Virus record (IMG/VR): IMGVR_UViG_3300029827_000002
Location: 1 to 58,698 of that record
Direction: 5' to 3' (one strand)
DNA: 58,698 nt
Source of the DNA: a virus
Lineage: Duplodnaviria; Caudoviricetes
The translations under genes and the position numbers were made by a program. Shown piece by piece: positions 29,062 to 37,990 of this stretch; position 1 is the first letter of the stretch; each line of letters starts with the position of its first letter. The notes under the pieces were generated by a model. That model saw only the letters and a program-made list of their open reading frames with translations, made no database searches and was not told where the DNA came from.

Positions 29062-29895
29062 TCATAATTCTTGTAATTTTTCCTTCCATAAATCTATTAT
29101 TTGATTATCAATAATTATTCTTTTATCATTTTCAAAAACATTAAGTAAAAATTTAATTTGTTTTTTATAATCATGTGGAACTTTTGGTGTTTTTCTTTTT
29201 TGTCCGTCTTTTCTTATTAATGTTTTATTAAAATTATCCCATTCTAAATAATCAGGAATAAAATAACTTTTGTGATATTCACCAGAATAAAAATCACAGC
29301 CTAATATTCTTAATGATTTAATATTAAATTCTAATAAATGCATAATCGCAATTGTAGACATATTTGGTTCAGTTCCATCAAGTTTTATCCTTAAGTCATT
29401 TACAAAAAAATCAAAGACAGTATTCAAAGTTATTCCTTTTGTCTTTTCTGCCATAACATATTTTCTATTTAATAAAACAAATCGATTTAATGCTCTTTTT
29501 TCTTTTTCATTGCCATATACAGGGTCACGTTTAGCAACAATCCATTTTATTTTATCTCTATCTAATAGTTTAATCCTACCTGTATTATATCTATTTGCAG
29601 CCCATTTCAAGGATCGCATAATGGCTCCCGTATGATATAATACATCTGTTCTATTTCCGATATCTTCATGTATGAGTGAATAATCTTCATGTAATGGATT
29701 TATTGGAAATGTATTATTAAGTCTTACAACAATATCATAATTATTAATTTCCTCTCCTTGTTTTGATCCTTCTAAAATATTACTAGGCCCAACTATAATA
29801 ATATTTTTTCCTTTTAAATAATTTGAATAAAAGAAAGCATGTTTAAAATAATTAATTGGTCTTACACGTTTTGTTACTATTTTTCTTCTTGCCAT
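29062..29895 (-). CDS. GT29 sialyltransferase-like glycosyltransferase
   Basis: Sialylmotif L-like IIVGPSNILEGSKQGEEINNYDIVVRLN; S-like PNMSTIAIMHLL...ILGCDFY; late HDY. Confidence 0.8.
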   Translation of the reverse strand: MARRKIVTKRVRPINYFKHAFFYSNYLKGKNIIIVGPSNILEGSKQGEEINNYDIVVRLNNTFPINPLHEDYSLIHEDIGNRTDVLYHTGAIMRSLKWAANRYNTGRIKLLDRDKIKWIVAKRDPVYGNEKEKRALNRFVLLNRKYVMAEKTKGITLNTVFDFFVNDLRIKLDGTEPNMSTIAIMHLLEFNIKSLRILGCDFYSGEYHKSYFIPDYLEWDNFNKTLIRKDGQKRKTPKVPHDYKKQIKFLLNVFENDKRIIIDNQIIDLWKEKLQEL

Positions 29896-29905
29896 AATAA
29901 TTCTC

Positions 29906-30589
29906 CTAATCTTTTATAATTCTTATAATTTCAAAAACTTCGGCATATTCTTTTAAAATAATACTTCCATTTATACTTGCTTCATTAACAATTTTGTCAA
30001 TACTTCTTGGATGAGGATTTTCTTTAATTTCATCTTTATACATTTTTAAAGCCGCAATTTTTTGATCTAAAATATCCTTAGATATATTATTAATAAAATT
30101 AGGCTTAAATTTTTGTAAGCTCGGAGCTTGCCATTCTGTAGATGATAAAGTTTTAAAAGAATAAATTTCTTTTATTTGATTATTACATGGTCTTGCGGCT
30201 GTTATTGTAGATGTAAAAGTTAGTCTATGATCTATATTTAAATCACTGTAATTATGAGTATAAATAATATTTGGTTTAATAGAAAATAACCATGATTCAA
30301 TGATTTTTATAATTTCTAATATTGAAATTGTATCAAACTTTTGATCTGGAAGATTTGCAAAATAAATGTTATAATTTAAAAATTTTGCGACTTCTTCAGA
30401 TATTTTTCTTAATTGAAGAATTTCTTTATTTATATTTGTATTATCATTTTTATATCTTGAAGTAATACCAGTACTTAAAATTAATACTGAGACTCTATCA
30501 CCATTTTTTATATGTTTTATAAGCGTTCCACCTACACCAATTAATTCATCATCTGGATGCGCCACAATTGCTATTACATTATTTTTCAT
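29906..30589 (-). CDS. PIG-L/LmbE-family N-acetyl-sugar deacetylase
   Basis: AHPDDE...GGT, YTH..DL..DH and HPRS motifs. Confidence 0.92.
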   Translation of the reverse strand: MKNNVIAIVAHPDDELIGVGGTLIKHIKNGDRVSVLILSTGITSRYKNDNTNINKEILQLRKISEEVAKFLNYNIYFANLPDQKFDTISILEIIKIIESWLFSIKPNIIYTHNYSDLNIDHRLTFTSTITAARPCNNQIKEIYSFKTLSSTEWQAPSLQKFKPNFINNISKDILDQKIAALKMYKDEIKENPHPRSIDKIVNEASINGSIILKEYAEVFEIIRIIKD

Positions 30590-31256
30590 TTTTTATCGTC
30601 CTTTCAATTTTTACATCTGCAATTATATGATCATTTTTTAAACTTGCTCTTGAAAATTCAATTTTATATTCACCAAATTCAATATATGCTTTTGGATATC
30701 CTTCACCATCAAGCATTCTAATAAAATCAAATATCTTATTTAAATTAAATTCTTTTTCAATTCTATTATTATAATTTCTTGTATAACTTGTAACTTCTCC
30801 AATTTGATCTATAGGTTTTAATTGTTCATTGATTATTTTAGGAATCATTTTATTAAAAATAATATTTGAAATTCTAATTAATATCTCATCACAAGTTCCA
30901 TTTAAACAAAGATTTTCCTTTAGATAAATAGGTCCAGAATCATAATCTTTAATTATCTTAATTGCAGATATTTTAGTATGACTTATATTATCTAATATTT
31001 GATTTTGAATTGGACTGCCACCTCTGCCATAAGGCAAATCCGTACAATGAAACAATATACAATTAAAATTCTCATAAACTTCTTTTGGAATAAACCATGA
31101 CCAATGAATAAAAAACACATAATCAGGTCTGAAGTTAACTAAAGTTTCTAATAAATAATCTTTTTTTGTAATTATTTGTAATTCTTTGTATGTATAATCT
31201 AAAGATTTAGCTTTTTCTATATGACATTTTTTTATTGTTGCTATTAATATTTTCAT
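30579..31256 (-). CDS. Sugar N-formyltransferase (Fmt-like)
   Basis: FFIHWSW, FHCTDLPYGRGGSPIQNQI, DSGPIY and IRMLDGEGYP motifs. Confidence 0.9.
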   Translation of the reverse strand: MKILIATIKKCHIEKAKSLDYTYKELQIITKKDYLLETLVNFRPDYVFFIHWSWFIPKEVYENFNCILFHCTDLPYGRGGSPIQNQILDNISHTKISAIKIIKDYDSGPIYLKENLCLNGTCDEILIRISNIIFNKMIPKIINEQLKPIDQIGEVTSYTRNYNNRIEKEFNLNKIFDFIRMLDGEGYPKAYIEFGEYKIEFSRASLKNDHIIADVKIERTIKNEK

Positions 31257-31259
31257 AAT

Positions 31260-31820
31260 TTATTTATTTCTTTCTTCAAAATAATAATGATTGAAATTAA
31301 AATATAACGAATTAAAAAAAGATCCATTAAAAAACTTTCTACTTGGTAAAATTGTGCTATAGCCGTTATATTTTTTAATCATTTTTTCCCAAAATTCTAT
31401 ATTAGGATTACATTTATAACATTCACCATAAATATTTTGTAATCTCATATTTTTAAAACCTTCTTTTAAAACTAAACTTAATACTTTCGATCCATATCCT
31501 TTGCTAATATATTTGGGGCCAATAGTTAAAGCTATTTCGGAATTTCCATTTTCCCACTGAATTTTATCAAGACCAGTATATCCAATAAAAGTATCTATAT
31601 CTTTGTCTCTTTCTCCTTCAGCCTCTTCTTTAAAAATTCCCCAATATCTGGCATTAATACTTCGATTGTTTATAACATTTTTCAAAAAATCTATCTGCAT
31701 ATCACTTGTAAGTAAATACGGTGTTCTATAAATACCTTTTTTGGTATTTTCATTTCTCCATATTCTTAATTTTTCTAAATTTTCAAAATTTAAAACATCT
31801 AAATAAATATTATCTTTCAT
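31260..31820 (-). CDS. pseH: GNAT N-acetyltransferase (PseH-like)
   Basis: LRIWRN, IGYTGL, SKGYGS motifs; context in the pse cluster. Confidence 0.8.
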   Translation of the reverse strand: MKDNIYLDVLNFENLEKLRIWRNENTKKGIYRTPYLLTSDMQIDFLKNVINNRSINARYWGIFKEEAEGERDKDIDTFIGYTGLDKIQWENGNSEIALTIGPKYISKGYGSKVLSLVLKEGFKNMRLQNIYGECYKCNPNIEFWEKMIKKYNGYSTILPSRKFFNGSFFNSLYFNFNHYYFEERNK

Positions 31821-32475
31821 ATGTTCTCCTTATTTTTAATATTTTTATGATATCTTCTACTCTTTTAAAGTCTTCTATTGTATCAACACTCCATTTATAA
31901 TCAAATTTAAAAACAGAGTTAACCTCATAAATTTTAAATTTCTTAGGATTATTTTTTATAAATCTTGTTACATGTTCCCTATCTTCTTTATCTTCAGCAA
32001 CATTGTTAATATATGCTAAAACGGATGACTTCATGATTTCTACATCAAGTCCGCTAGGTAATCCATTTTTACCTCTATTATGTGTAAAATCAGCATTATT
32101 TAATAAATGTTTCTGTATAACTTCATCAATAACTTTAGGATAAAACCCTAACATTGGACAATCACTTGTTATTCTTACAACATTTGTTATATTTTCTTGT
32201 GTAATATTTTGTATATAATTTAATGCTGCATAATACCTATTTAATACATCTTCTTCATTTCCTTCATGAGAATAACAGAAACATTTATCTGAATATAATT
32301 TTGAAAAAACACTATTATCTGAAAATGGATAAATTATTCCTGTAAAATGACTTAATTTACTTTGTTTTGCCCCTTCAATTGTATAACTGGTCATTGGATG
32401 ACCAGCCATACTTTTTATACATTTTCTTTGAAGTCTATTTGATTTTAATCTGGCTTGAATTAAAGTTATTATCAA
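31810..32475 (-). CDS. Nonulosonate cytidylyltransferase (SpsF/PseF-like)
   Basis: IQARLKSNRL..K, EEDVLNRY, VRITSDCP, GLDVE, REHVT and SVDTIEDF motifs. Confidence 0.9.
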   Translation of the reverse strand: MIITLIQARLKSNRLQRKCIKSMAGHPMTSYTIEGAKQSKLSHFTGIIYPFSDNSVFSKLYSDKCFCYSHEGNEEDVLNRYYAALNYIQNITQENITNVVRITSDCPMLGFYPKVIDEVIQKHLLNNADFTHNRGKNGLPSGLDVEIMKSSVLAYINNVAEDKEDREHVTRFIKNNPKKFKIYEVNSVFKFDYKWSVDTIEDFKRVEDIIKILKIRRTYER

Positions 32476-33135
32476 CTACAACACTTCCTTTAATATATCT
32501 GGTGTTCTTGCAAATTCCCCAGCATCTAAACCTGTCGAAGTTTTTAACTTGTAATGCCATTCGATTATTTTAGGTTTAAATCTATTAAACAGTGCAAAAT
32601 TATTTGTATGATCTGAAATATTATTCCCAATTTTAATATCTAATTTTAAATATTCTTGAACACTAGCAGGATATTGACTTATACACCAAAATTCTTCAAG
32701 TTCTTTTGGAACTTTTACGCAGCCTAACCCAGATATATTTTTATTTCCGAATTTAATTGTTAAATCATTTGTTTTTGAAATATATACTGGAATTTCTTCA
32801 GGTATAAAATCTATTAAATAATCTAATTCTCTTCTATTTGCTATTTTCACGAATGGAATATCATAACCAAGTAAAAATTCTAATGATGGTCTATCAAAAA
32901 TAGAAGCGGTTACTTTATATCCTAATTGATTTCCATATTCATAAGCATAATTAAATGATTCTTCAGTTAAAGGAATATTCGCTCCACAAGCTTTGAATAA
33001 TTGCCATTTTATAATTATTTCATACTTGCCGCTGTCAATAGCCTTCAATTCATCATACATTCTTTTTATTATTCTTTCGTCGTTTCTACATGTATTTCCA
33101 GACCCAAAATCCAATATTATTGTTTTATTTTTCAT
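32476..33135 (-). CDS. Minimal NeuB/PseI-family nonulosonic acid synthase
   Basis: IKWQLF, ASIFD, FVKIA, CISQYPA, SDHT and IIEWHY motifs; no C-terminal SAF domain. Confidence 0.8.
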   Translation of the reverse strand: MKNKTIILDFGSGNTCRNDERIIKRMYDELKAIDSGKYEIIIKWQLFKACGANIPLTEESFNYAYEYGNQLGYKVTASIFDRPSLEFLLGYDIPFVKIANRRELDYLIDFIPEEIPVYISKTNDLTIKFGNKNISGLGCVKVPKELEEFWCISQYPASVQEYLKLDIKIGNNISDHTNNFALFNRFKPKIIEWHYKLKTSTGLDAGEFARTPDILKEVL

Positions 33136-33685
33136 AAGTGCCAAGAACACCTCTTTCTTTTCTTTTATTTGTTCTCGATCTTAAAGCTACAATAGCAGCT
33201 TTTAATCCATCTAAAGCAATATTATTTTCATTACACTTAAGTTCTGAGTTTTGAAAAGTTTCTAAAACATCAATACAAATTCCGATAATATCAGGAAGGA
33301 AAACACCATTTAAATTAGTTTTATTTATAGGTCCATTTTGAAAATGTATTCCACATAAAAGATTATTATTTTCAACACTTTTAATTAAATAATTTTTCGA
33401 AGAATTATTCTCATTTTCATCTTTTTCAATATATGTATGTTCTTCAGTCAATAATTCATTCCTTAATCTTGTTAAGTTCCCATTGATCTTTTTATAAGCT
33501 TTAAATGGCTCTTCTGGACTCCATGATAAGTAATCATCTGAATATCTAACAGAATATCCTTTTTTATTATCTGGAAGACCAGTATTGATTTTTTTATCTC
33601 CATATTTAAAATCGGCATATTCTCCATAATTCATTTCACAAGCTTCAATTTCTTTTGTTCCAAAATATTTTTCAAATTTTTTCAT
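33125..33685 (-). CDS. Tad1-like anti-defence sponge fused to an N-terminal phage domain
   Basis: C-terminal IHFQNGP...NGV...D.L..FQ...EN..AL...R...R.ERGVLGT matches the recalled Tad1 pattern; N-terminal YFGTK...GYSVRYSDDYLSWSP. Confidence 0.75.
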   Translation of the reverse strand: MKKFEKYFGTKEIEACEMNYGEYADFKYGDKKINTGLPDNKKGYSVRYSDDYLSWSPEEPFKAYKKINGNLTRLRNELLTEEHTYIEKDENENNSSKNYLIKSVENNNLLCGIHFQNGPINKTNLNGVFLPDIIGICIDVLETFQNSELKCNENNIALDGLKAAIVALRSRTNKRKERGVLGTYEK

Positions 33686-33716
33686 AGTTTAAATCATCCT
33701 TTTTTATTTATTTTTT

Positions 33717-34055
33717 TTACTTCTTTTCAAAAAAATTATTTAATAATTTTCTTATTTTTATTAATTCATTCAAATTATTTTCCATATAATCAAGAGTAAC
33801 AATAAACATATCTATTATTAATTCTTGCGTATTACTAGTATAAAGAAAATTTTCTCCACCTTTATCGTTATTTTTTAAACCTATTCTATAGCTTTTATTA
33901 TTAAATTTACATAATTCCGAAAACTCATGAACACTACAAACATTTAAGGTACTTTTATTCTTTTTTAAATAATTATTTAATTTTTCTTTTAGTAGATATT
34001 CACGAATTTCTTTATCTTTTGGCTTTTCTTCAATAAATCTAAATATTTTAAACAT
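33717..34055 (-). CDS. Hypothetical protein
   Basis: ORF with AAGGA RBS. Confidence 0.55.
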   Translation of the reverse strand: MFKIFRFIEEKPKDKEIREYLLKEKLNNYLKKNKSTLNVCSVHEFSELCKFNNKSYRIGLKNNDKGGENFLYTSNTQELIIDMFIVTLDYMENNLNELIKIRKLLNNFFEKK

Positions 34056-34073
34056 TGTTTTTATTATTCCTTT

Positions 34074-34244
34074 CTATTCTTGACAATCAACGCAATAATT
34101 TTCCCATTCATCTTTATCATTCTTTTCAACTGTCCAATTGTTTTCTTTTGCATAATTTAAAGCGGCTTCAAAAGTTGAAAAACTTTCATTCTCACTGCAT
34201 CCATCACAAATTATATACCAATTTCCTTTAATTTTATTAATCAT
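34074..34244 (-). CDS. Small Zn-ribbon protein (56 aa)
   Basis: Manual translation ...ICDGC...NW...WENYCVDCQE; GAGG RBS. Confidence 0.6.
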   Translation of the reverse strand: MINKIKGNWYIICDGCSENESFSTFEAALNYAKENNWTVEKNDKDEWENYCVDCQE

Positions 34245-34632
34245 TATTTTTGCCTCTATAGACTAAAGATTTCCAATCATATTCTAAATCAAAGAATCTA
34301 TTTAAAAATTCTCTAGCTAATTCATTTGATTTTTCATGATCAATATTACAATTATCCATAAAAAAACATGAAATATTTGAATGCCACCCCAAAAGTAAAT
34401 CGTCATCTTCGGATTCAAGCCAATATTTCATTTGTGATAATGTGAATTTAAATTCACAATTTCTAAATTCTGGTTTATCCCTATTTTCAATTGTTGATAA
34501 ACACAATTCAATTCCATTATACATACCAATCATATAATCGCTTTTTAAACTTTCAGCCTGGTTTTTCTTTGTTTCTTTTAATTTTCTTAAATTTTCCTTG
34601 AAATTTATTATTTCAAATTTTTCATTATTCAT
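34237..34632 (-). CDS. Hypothetical protein
   Basis: YMIGMYNGIELC motif; overlaps the pseC stop codon. Confidence 0.6.
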   Translation of the reverse strand: MNNEKFEIINFKENLRKLKETKKNQAESLKSDYMIGMYNGIELCLSTIENRDKPEFRNCEFKFTLSQMKYWLESEDDDLLLGWHSNISCFFMDNCNIDHEKSNELAREFLNRFFDLEYDWKSLVYRGKNND

Positions 34633-35732
34633 TTTAAATTTAAACCTTCTTTCATAAATTCATTAATACAATTAATGATATATTCTTGTTGTTCAAATAA
34701 TAAGTTATAATACAATGGAATACTTATTATTTGATCGGCTACTTTTTCAGTATTAGGACATTGTTTTGAATAATCAATTTTGTCCAATGGATCATAATAA
34801 AATGAATTTTTATATATTGGAGGGAAATGTATAACACATTGAATTTCCCTTTTTTTCATGTAATTAATAAATTTATTTCTATTTTTTCTATTCTTAACTT
34901 TAATTACAAACAAATGATAAACATGAATTCTTCCCTTTAATTGCTTTAATTTTTCACATTTTAACTTATCAATATATTTATCAGCCAACATATATCTAAA
35001 TGTTTGAAATTGACAATGCTTTGTTTTAAATTGACTTAATACAAGTGCTGCATTTATTTCAGACATTCGATAATTATAGCCTAAAAGCTCCATCATACCT
35101 TCTTCATTTCTTCCATGATTTCTAAATAATTTAACTCTATAATCTAATATATAATCATTTGTTAATAAAGCTCCACCTTCACCAGATGTTATATGTTTTG
35201 CTGGATGAAACGAATAACAAACAATATCAGGAATTGTATTATCAGCGATTCTATTAATTCCGCCAAAAGAATGACACGAATCACTAATAAAATATAATTG
35301 GTTATTATCGCAAATTTCTTTTATTGCTTTATAATCAGCTAATTGACCTGCATAGTCCATGGAAATTATTGCTTTGGTTTTATTTGTGATTAATTTTTTT
35401 ATACTTTCAGGATCAATTAAAATAGTATCTGGATCGATATCCGCAAAAACAGGTGTTCCTCCACAATAACTTACACAATTTGCAGTTGCTACAAAAGAAA
35501 TTGAAGGAATAATTACTTCATCCCCAGGTTTAATTTTTATTGCCATACAAGCAGCATGTAAGGCAGATGTACCACTATTAAGAGTTTTACAAAATTTATA
35601 ACCTGTATAGTTACTCAATTCATTCTCAAATTCTTTTGTAATTTCTCCTTGTGTTATATTATCGCTTGTTAATACTTTATTTACCGCTTTTATATCATGC
35701 ATATCAATAAAATGCTTTGCATAATTAATCAT
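34629..35732 (-). CDS. pseC: DegT/DnrJ PLP aminotransferase (PseC-like)
   Basis: NSGTSALHAA, SFVATANC, DSCHS, SFHPAKHITSGEGG and LGYNYRM motifs. Confidence 0.92.
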   Translation of the reverse strand: MINYAKHFIDMHDIKAVNKVLTSDNITQGEITKEFENELSNYTGYKFCKTLNSGTSALHAACMAIKIKPGDEVIIPSISFVATANCVSYCGGTPVFADIDPDTILIDPESIKKLITNKTKAIISMDYAGQLADYKAIKEICDNNQLYFISDSCHSFGGINRIADNTIPDIVCYSFHPAKHITSGEGGALLTNDYILDYRVKLFRNHGRNEEGMMELLGYNYRMSEINAALVLSQFKTKHCQFQTFRYMLADKYIDKLKCEKLKQLKGRIHVYHLFVIKVKNRKNRNKFINYMKKREIQCVIHFPPIYKNSFYYDPLDKIDYSKQCPNTEKVADQIISIPLYYNLLFEQQEYIINCINEFMKEGLNLK

Positions 35733-35964
35733 GATTAAGCAAGTTCTCCTTTTTTCTTTTTACTTGTGCTTCTTTTGCTATACTAAATTGTTCTTTTAAT
35801 TGGTTTAATTCTTCTTGTAAATAACTTTTTTCAAGTTTTAATTGTTTAATATTCTCAATCAATAATTCATTAGTAATTTTTAAATTTTCATTTTCTTTTG
35901 AAATCATTACAATATGATCAATTTCTAATTCTTCATATGTCATTTTTTTACAATTTTCATTCAT
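35725..35964 (-). CDS. Coiled-coil protein, duplicate copy A
   Basis: Near-identical to 35961-36212. Confidence 0.65.
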   Translation of the reverse strand: MNENCKKMTYEELEIDHIVMISKENENLKITNELLIENIKQLKLEKSYLQEELNQLKEQFSIAKEAQVKRKKENLLNHD

Positions 35965-36236
35965 AATAATTTCCTCATTTCTTCAATAGATAAGTTCTCC
36001 TTTTTTCTTTCTACTTGTGCTTCTTTTGCTTTGCTAAATTGTTCTTTTAATTGATTTAATTCTTCTTGCAAATAACTTTTTTCAAGTTTTAATTGTTTAA
36101 TATTCTCAATCAATAATTCATTAGTAATTTTTAAATTTTCATTTTCTTTTGACATTGCAATATGATCAATTTGTAATTCTTCATATGTCATTTTTCTATA
36201 ATTTTCATTCATAATAATTTCCTCATTTCTTCAATA
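35741..36236. repeat. Tandem duplication of a ~250 bp unit
   Basis: 35741-35988 vs 35992-36236; the unit includes the last codons of pseB (SIEEMRKLL). Confidence 0.9.
35961..36212 (-). CDS. Coiled-coil protein, duplicate copy B
   Basis: Leucine-zipper-like; C-terminus LSIEEMRKLL shared with PseB. Confidence 0.65.
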   Translation of the reverse strand: MNENYRKMTYEELQIDHIAMSKENENLKITNELLIENIKQLKLEKSYLQEELNQLKEQFSKAKEAQVERKKENLSIEEMRKLL

Positions 36237-37159
36237 CTCAAAATATTATTCTCATTATTACTTGCATATGTAAATTGATTATGATTTATCCATAATTCTG
36301 GTAGTTTTCCATAATAAAGCTTGTAAAATGTATCGTAAATCACAATATTTCTTGATTCTTCATGACTAACTAATGTTTCATTGATTTTTTCGCCTTTTCT
36401 TAATCCTACAATTTTTATTTCAGCATCTTCCTTTATGGCTTTTATTAAATCAACTATCTTTAAAGTAGGTAATTTAGGAATAAATATTTCTTGACCTTCC
36501 ATAATTTCTAAAGAAGATAAAACAAATTTTGCGGCATTATCTATAGTTGTCCAAAACCTAGTCATTTCATTATCAGTTAAAGGAAATTTGCCACCTTCTT
36601 TGGCTATCTTCTTGAAAAAAGGAATAACTGATCCTCTAGAGCCAATAACATTTCCATATCTTACAATCGAAAATATAGTTTCATTATCGCCAGAATAATT
36701 ATTTCCATCAATAAACATTTTCTCCATACATGCTTTTGTACAACCATATAAATTTATAGGATTTACGGCTTTATCTGTAGAAATTGCCAATACTTTTTTA
36801 ACTTTTCTATCAATAGCAGCATCAATTATATTCGCTGATCCTATAACATTCGTTTTGACAGCTTCAAAAGGGTTATATTCGCATGAAGGAACATGCTTTT
36901 GAGCGGCTGTATGTATAACATAATCAATTTCATTAAATGCTCTATACAATCGATCTTTATCTCTTATATCACCAATAAAAAAAGATAATTTTGGATTATT
37001 TTTAAATTCTTTTTTCATTTCTGATTGTTTATATTCATCCCTAGAATAAATATAAATTTTTTTGATATGTTTATCACTATTTAATAATTGTTTTGTAAGT
37101 TCTTTTCCAAGAGTTCCTGTTCCACCTGTTATTAGAATTTTTTTATAAAACTTATTCAT
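36209..37159 (-). CDS. pseB: UDP-GlcNAc 4,6-dehydratase (inverting)
   Basis: TGGTGTLG, YSRDEYKQ, KHVPSCEYNPFEAVKTN, STDKAVNPINLYG and VRYGNVIGSRGSVIPFF motifs. Confidence 0.95.
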   Translation of the reverse strand: MNKFYKKILITGGTGTLGKELTKQLLNSDKHIKKIYIYSRDEYKQSEMKKEFKNNPKLSFFIGDIRDKDRLYRAFNEIDYVIHTAAQKHVPSCEYNPFEAVKTNVIGSANIIDAAIDRKVKKVLAISTDKAVNPINLYGCTKACMEKMFIDGNNYSGDNETIFSIVRYGNVIGSRGSVIPFFKKIAKEGGKFPLTDNEMTRFWTTIDNAAKFVLSSLEIMEGQEIFIPKLPTLKIVDLIKAIKEDAEIKIVGLRKGEKINETLVSHEESRNIVIYDTFYKLYYGKLPELWINHNQFTYASNNENNILSIEEMRKLL

Positions 37160-37583
37160 TAATTTCTCCTTTTAAATTTTCAAAATCACAAATAACATTA
37201 CTTAATAAATTATCTAAAGAATCAATCATAGATTCTTTTTCTTGTTTATATTTGTTAATTAAATCTTGCAGTTGACTTAATTGATATCTTTTTCGATAAT
37301 TATTAAATTCTGACTCAAAATTATCTTTTTCAGTTCTTGAATTTTTCTTATTTTCTTCCAATCGCATTAATTTTTTAATTATATTTATATCCATTTGATT
37401 GCAATCAGCATCTACACTTATTTTATTATCTAAATTATTATTATTATTATTTAAAGTATAATCTATCAAATCAGCCACAATATTTAATAGATCGGCTGTA
37501 CTAAAAGAAGAATTTTCTTTAACTGATCTTCTTAATAATTCTTTATCATTTAATAATTTTTCTTTAATATTTTTATTTTCCAT
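37152..37583 (-). CDS. Hypothetical protein
   Basis: ORF overlapping both neighbours. Confidence 0.6.
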   Translation of the reverse strand: MENKNIKEKLLNDKELLRRSVKENSSFSTADLLNIVADLIDYTLNNNNNNLDNKISVDADCNQMDINIIKKLMRLEENKKNSRTEKDNFESEFNNYRKRYQLSQLQDLINKYKQEKESMIDSLDNLLSNVICDFENLKGEINE

Positions 37584-37794
37584 GGATCACCTCATGCATT
37601 TCATATAATTCATTAATAACCTCATATGGTGTCTTATCTGAATATCCTTTAGTTGTAGTTATAATAGAAAGTGCCATTAATAATAATTTTCCTTCTTCTG
37701 TATTAGTATTAATATCACTTATTTCTTTTATTTTTTTTGGCTGATTCATCACTTTTAACAAACTTGCCTCATTAAGATTTTCATTTTTATTCAT
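37573..37794 (-). CDS. Hypothetical protein
   Basis: INTNTEEGKLLLMALSII motif; translational coupling. Confidence 0.6.
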   Translation of the reverse strand: MNKNENLNEASLLKVMNQPKKIKEISDINTNTEEGKLLLMALSIITTTKGYSDKTPYEVINELYEMHEVIHGK

Positions 37795-37988
37795 TAATGT
37801 TTTTCCCTTTCAAATAATATTCTTTCCATATTTTTGTTTGTTTCTTCTCTATTTTTAATTCCGCAATTAAAGCAAATTCTAGCACCATTTTTTCCATATG
37901 GTCTTAATTCTGCCAGCTTCCCACAATATTCGCAAAAATCTGGCTCTTCATCTTCTATAATTACAATATCGCCTATTCTTTTTGTCAT
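37794..37988 (-). CDS. Small Zn-finger protein
   Basis: CEYCG...ELRPYG...ICFNC. Confidence 0.7.
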   Translation of the reverse strand: MTKRIGDIVIIEDEEPDFCEYCGKLAELRPYGKNGARICFNCGIKNREETNKNMERILFEREKH

Positions 37989-37990
37989 GA

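Noticed and set aside
30579-31256. Methionyl-tRNA formyltransferase
   Set aside because: Short form with FHCTDLPYGRGGSP in a sugar cluster next to a deacetylase; a sugar formyltransferase is more likely.
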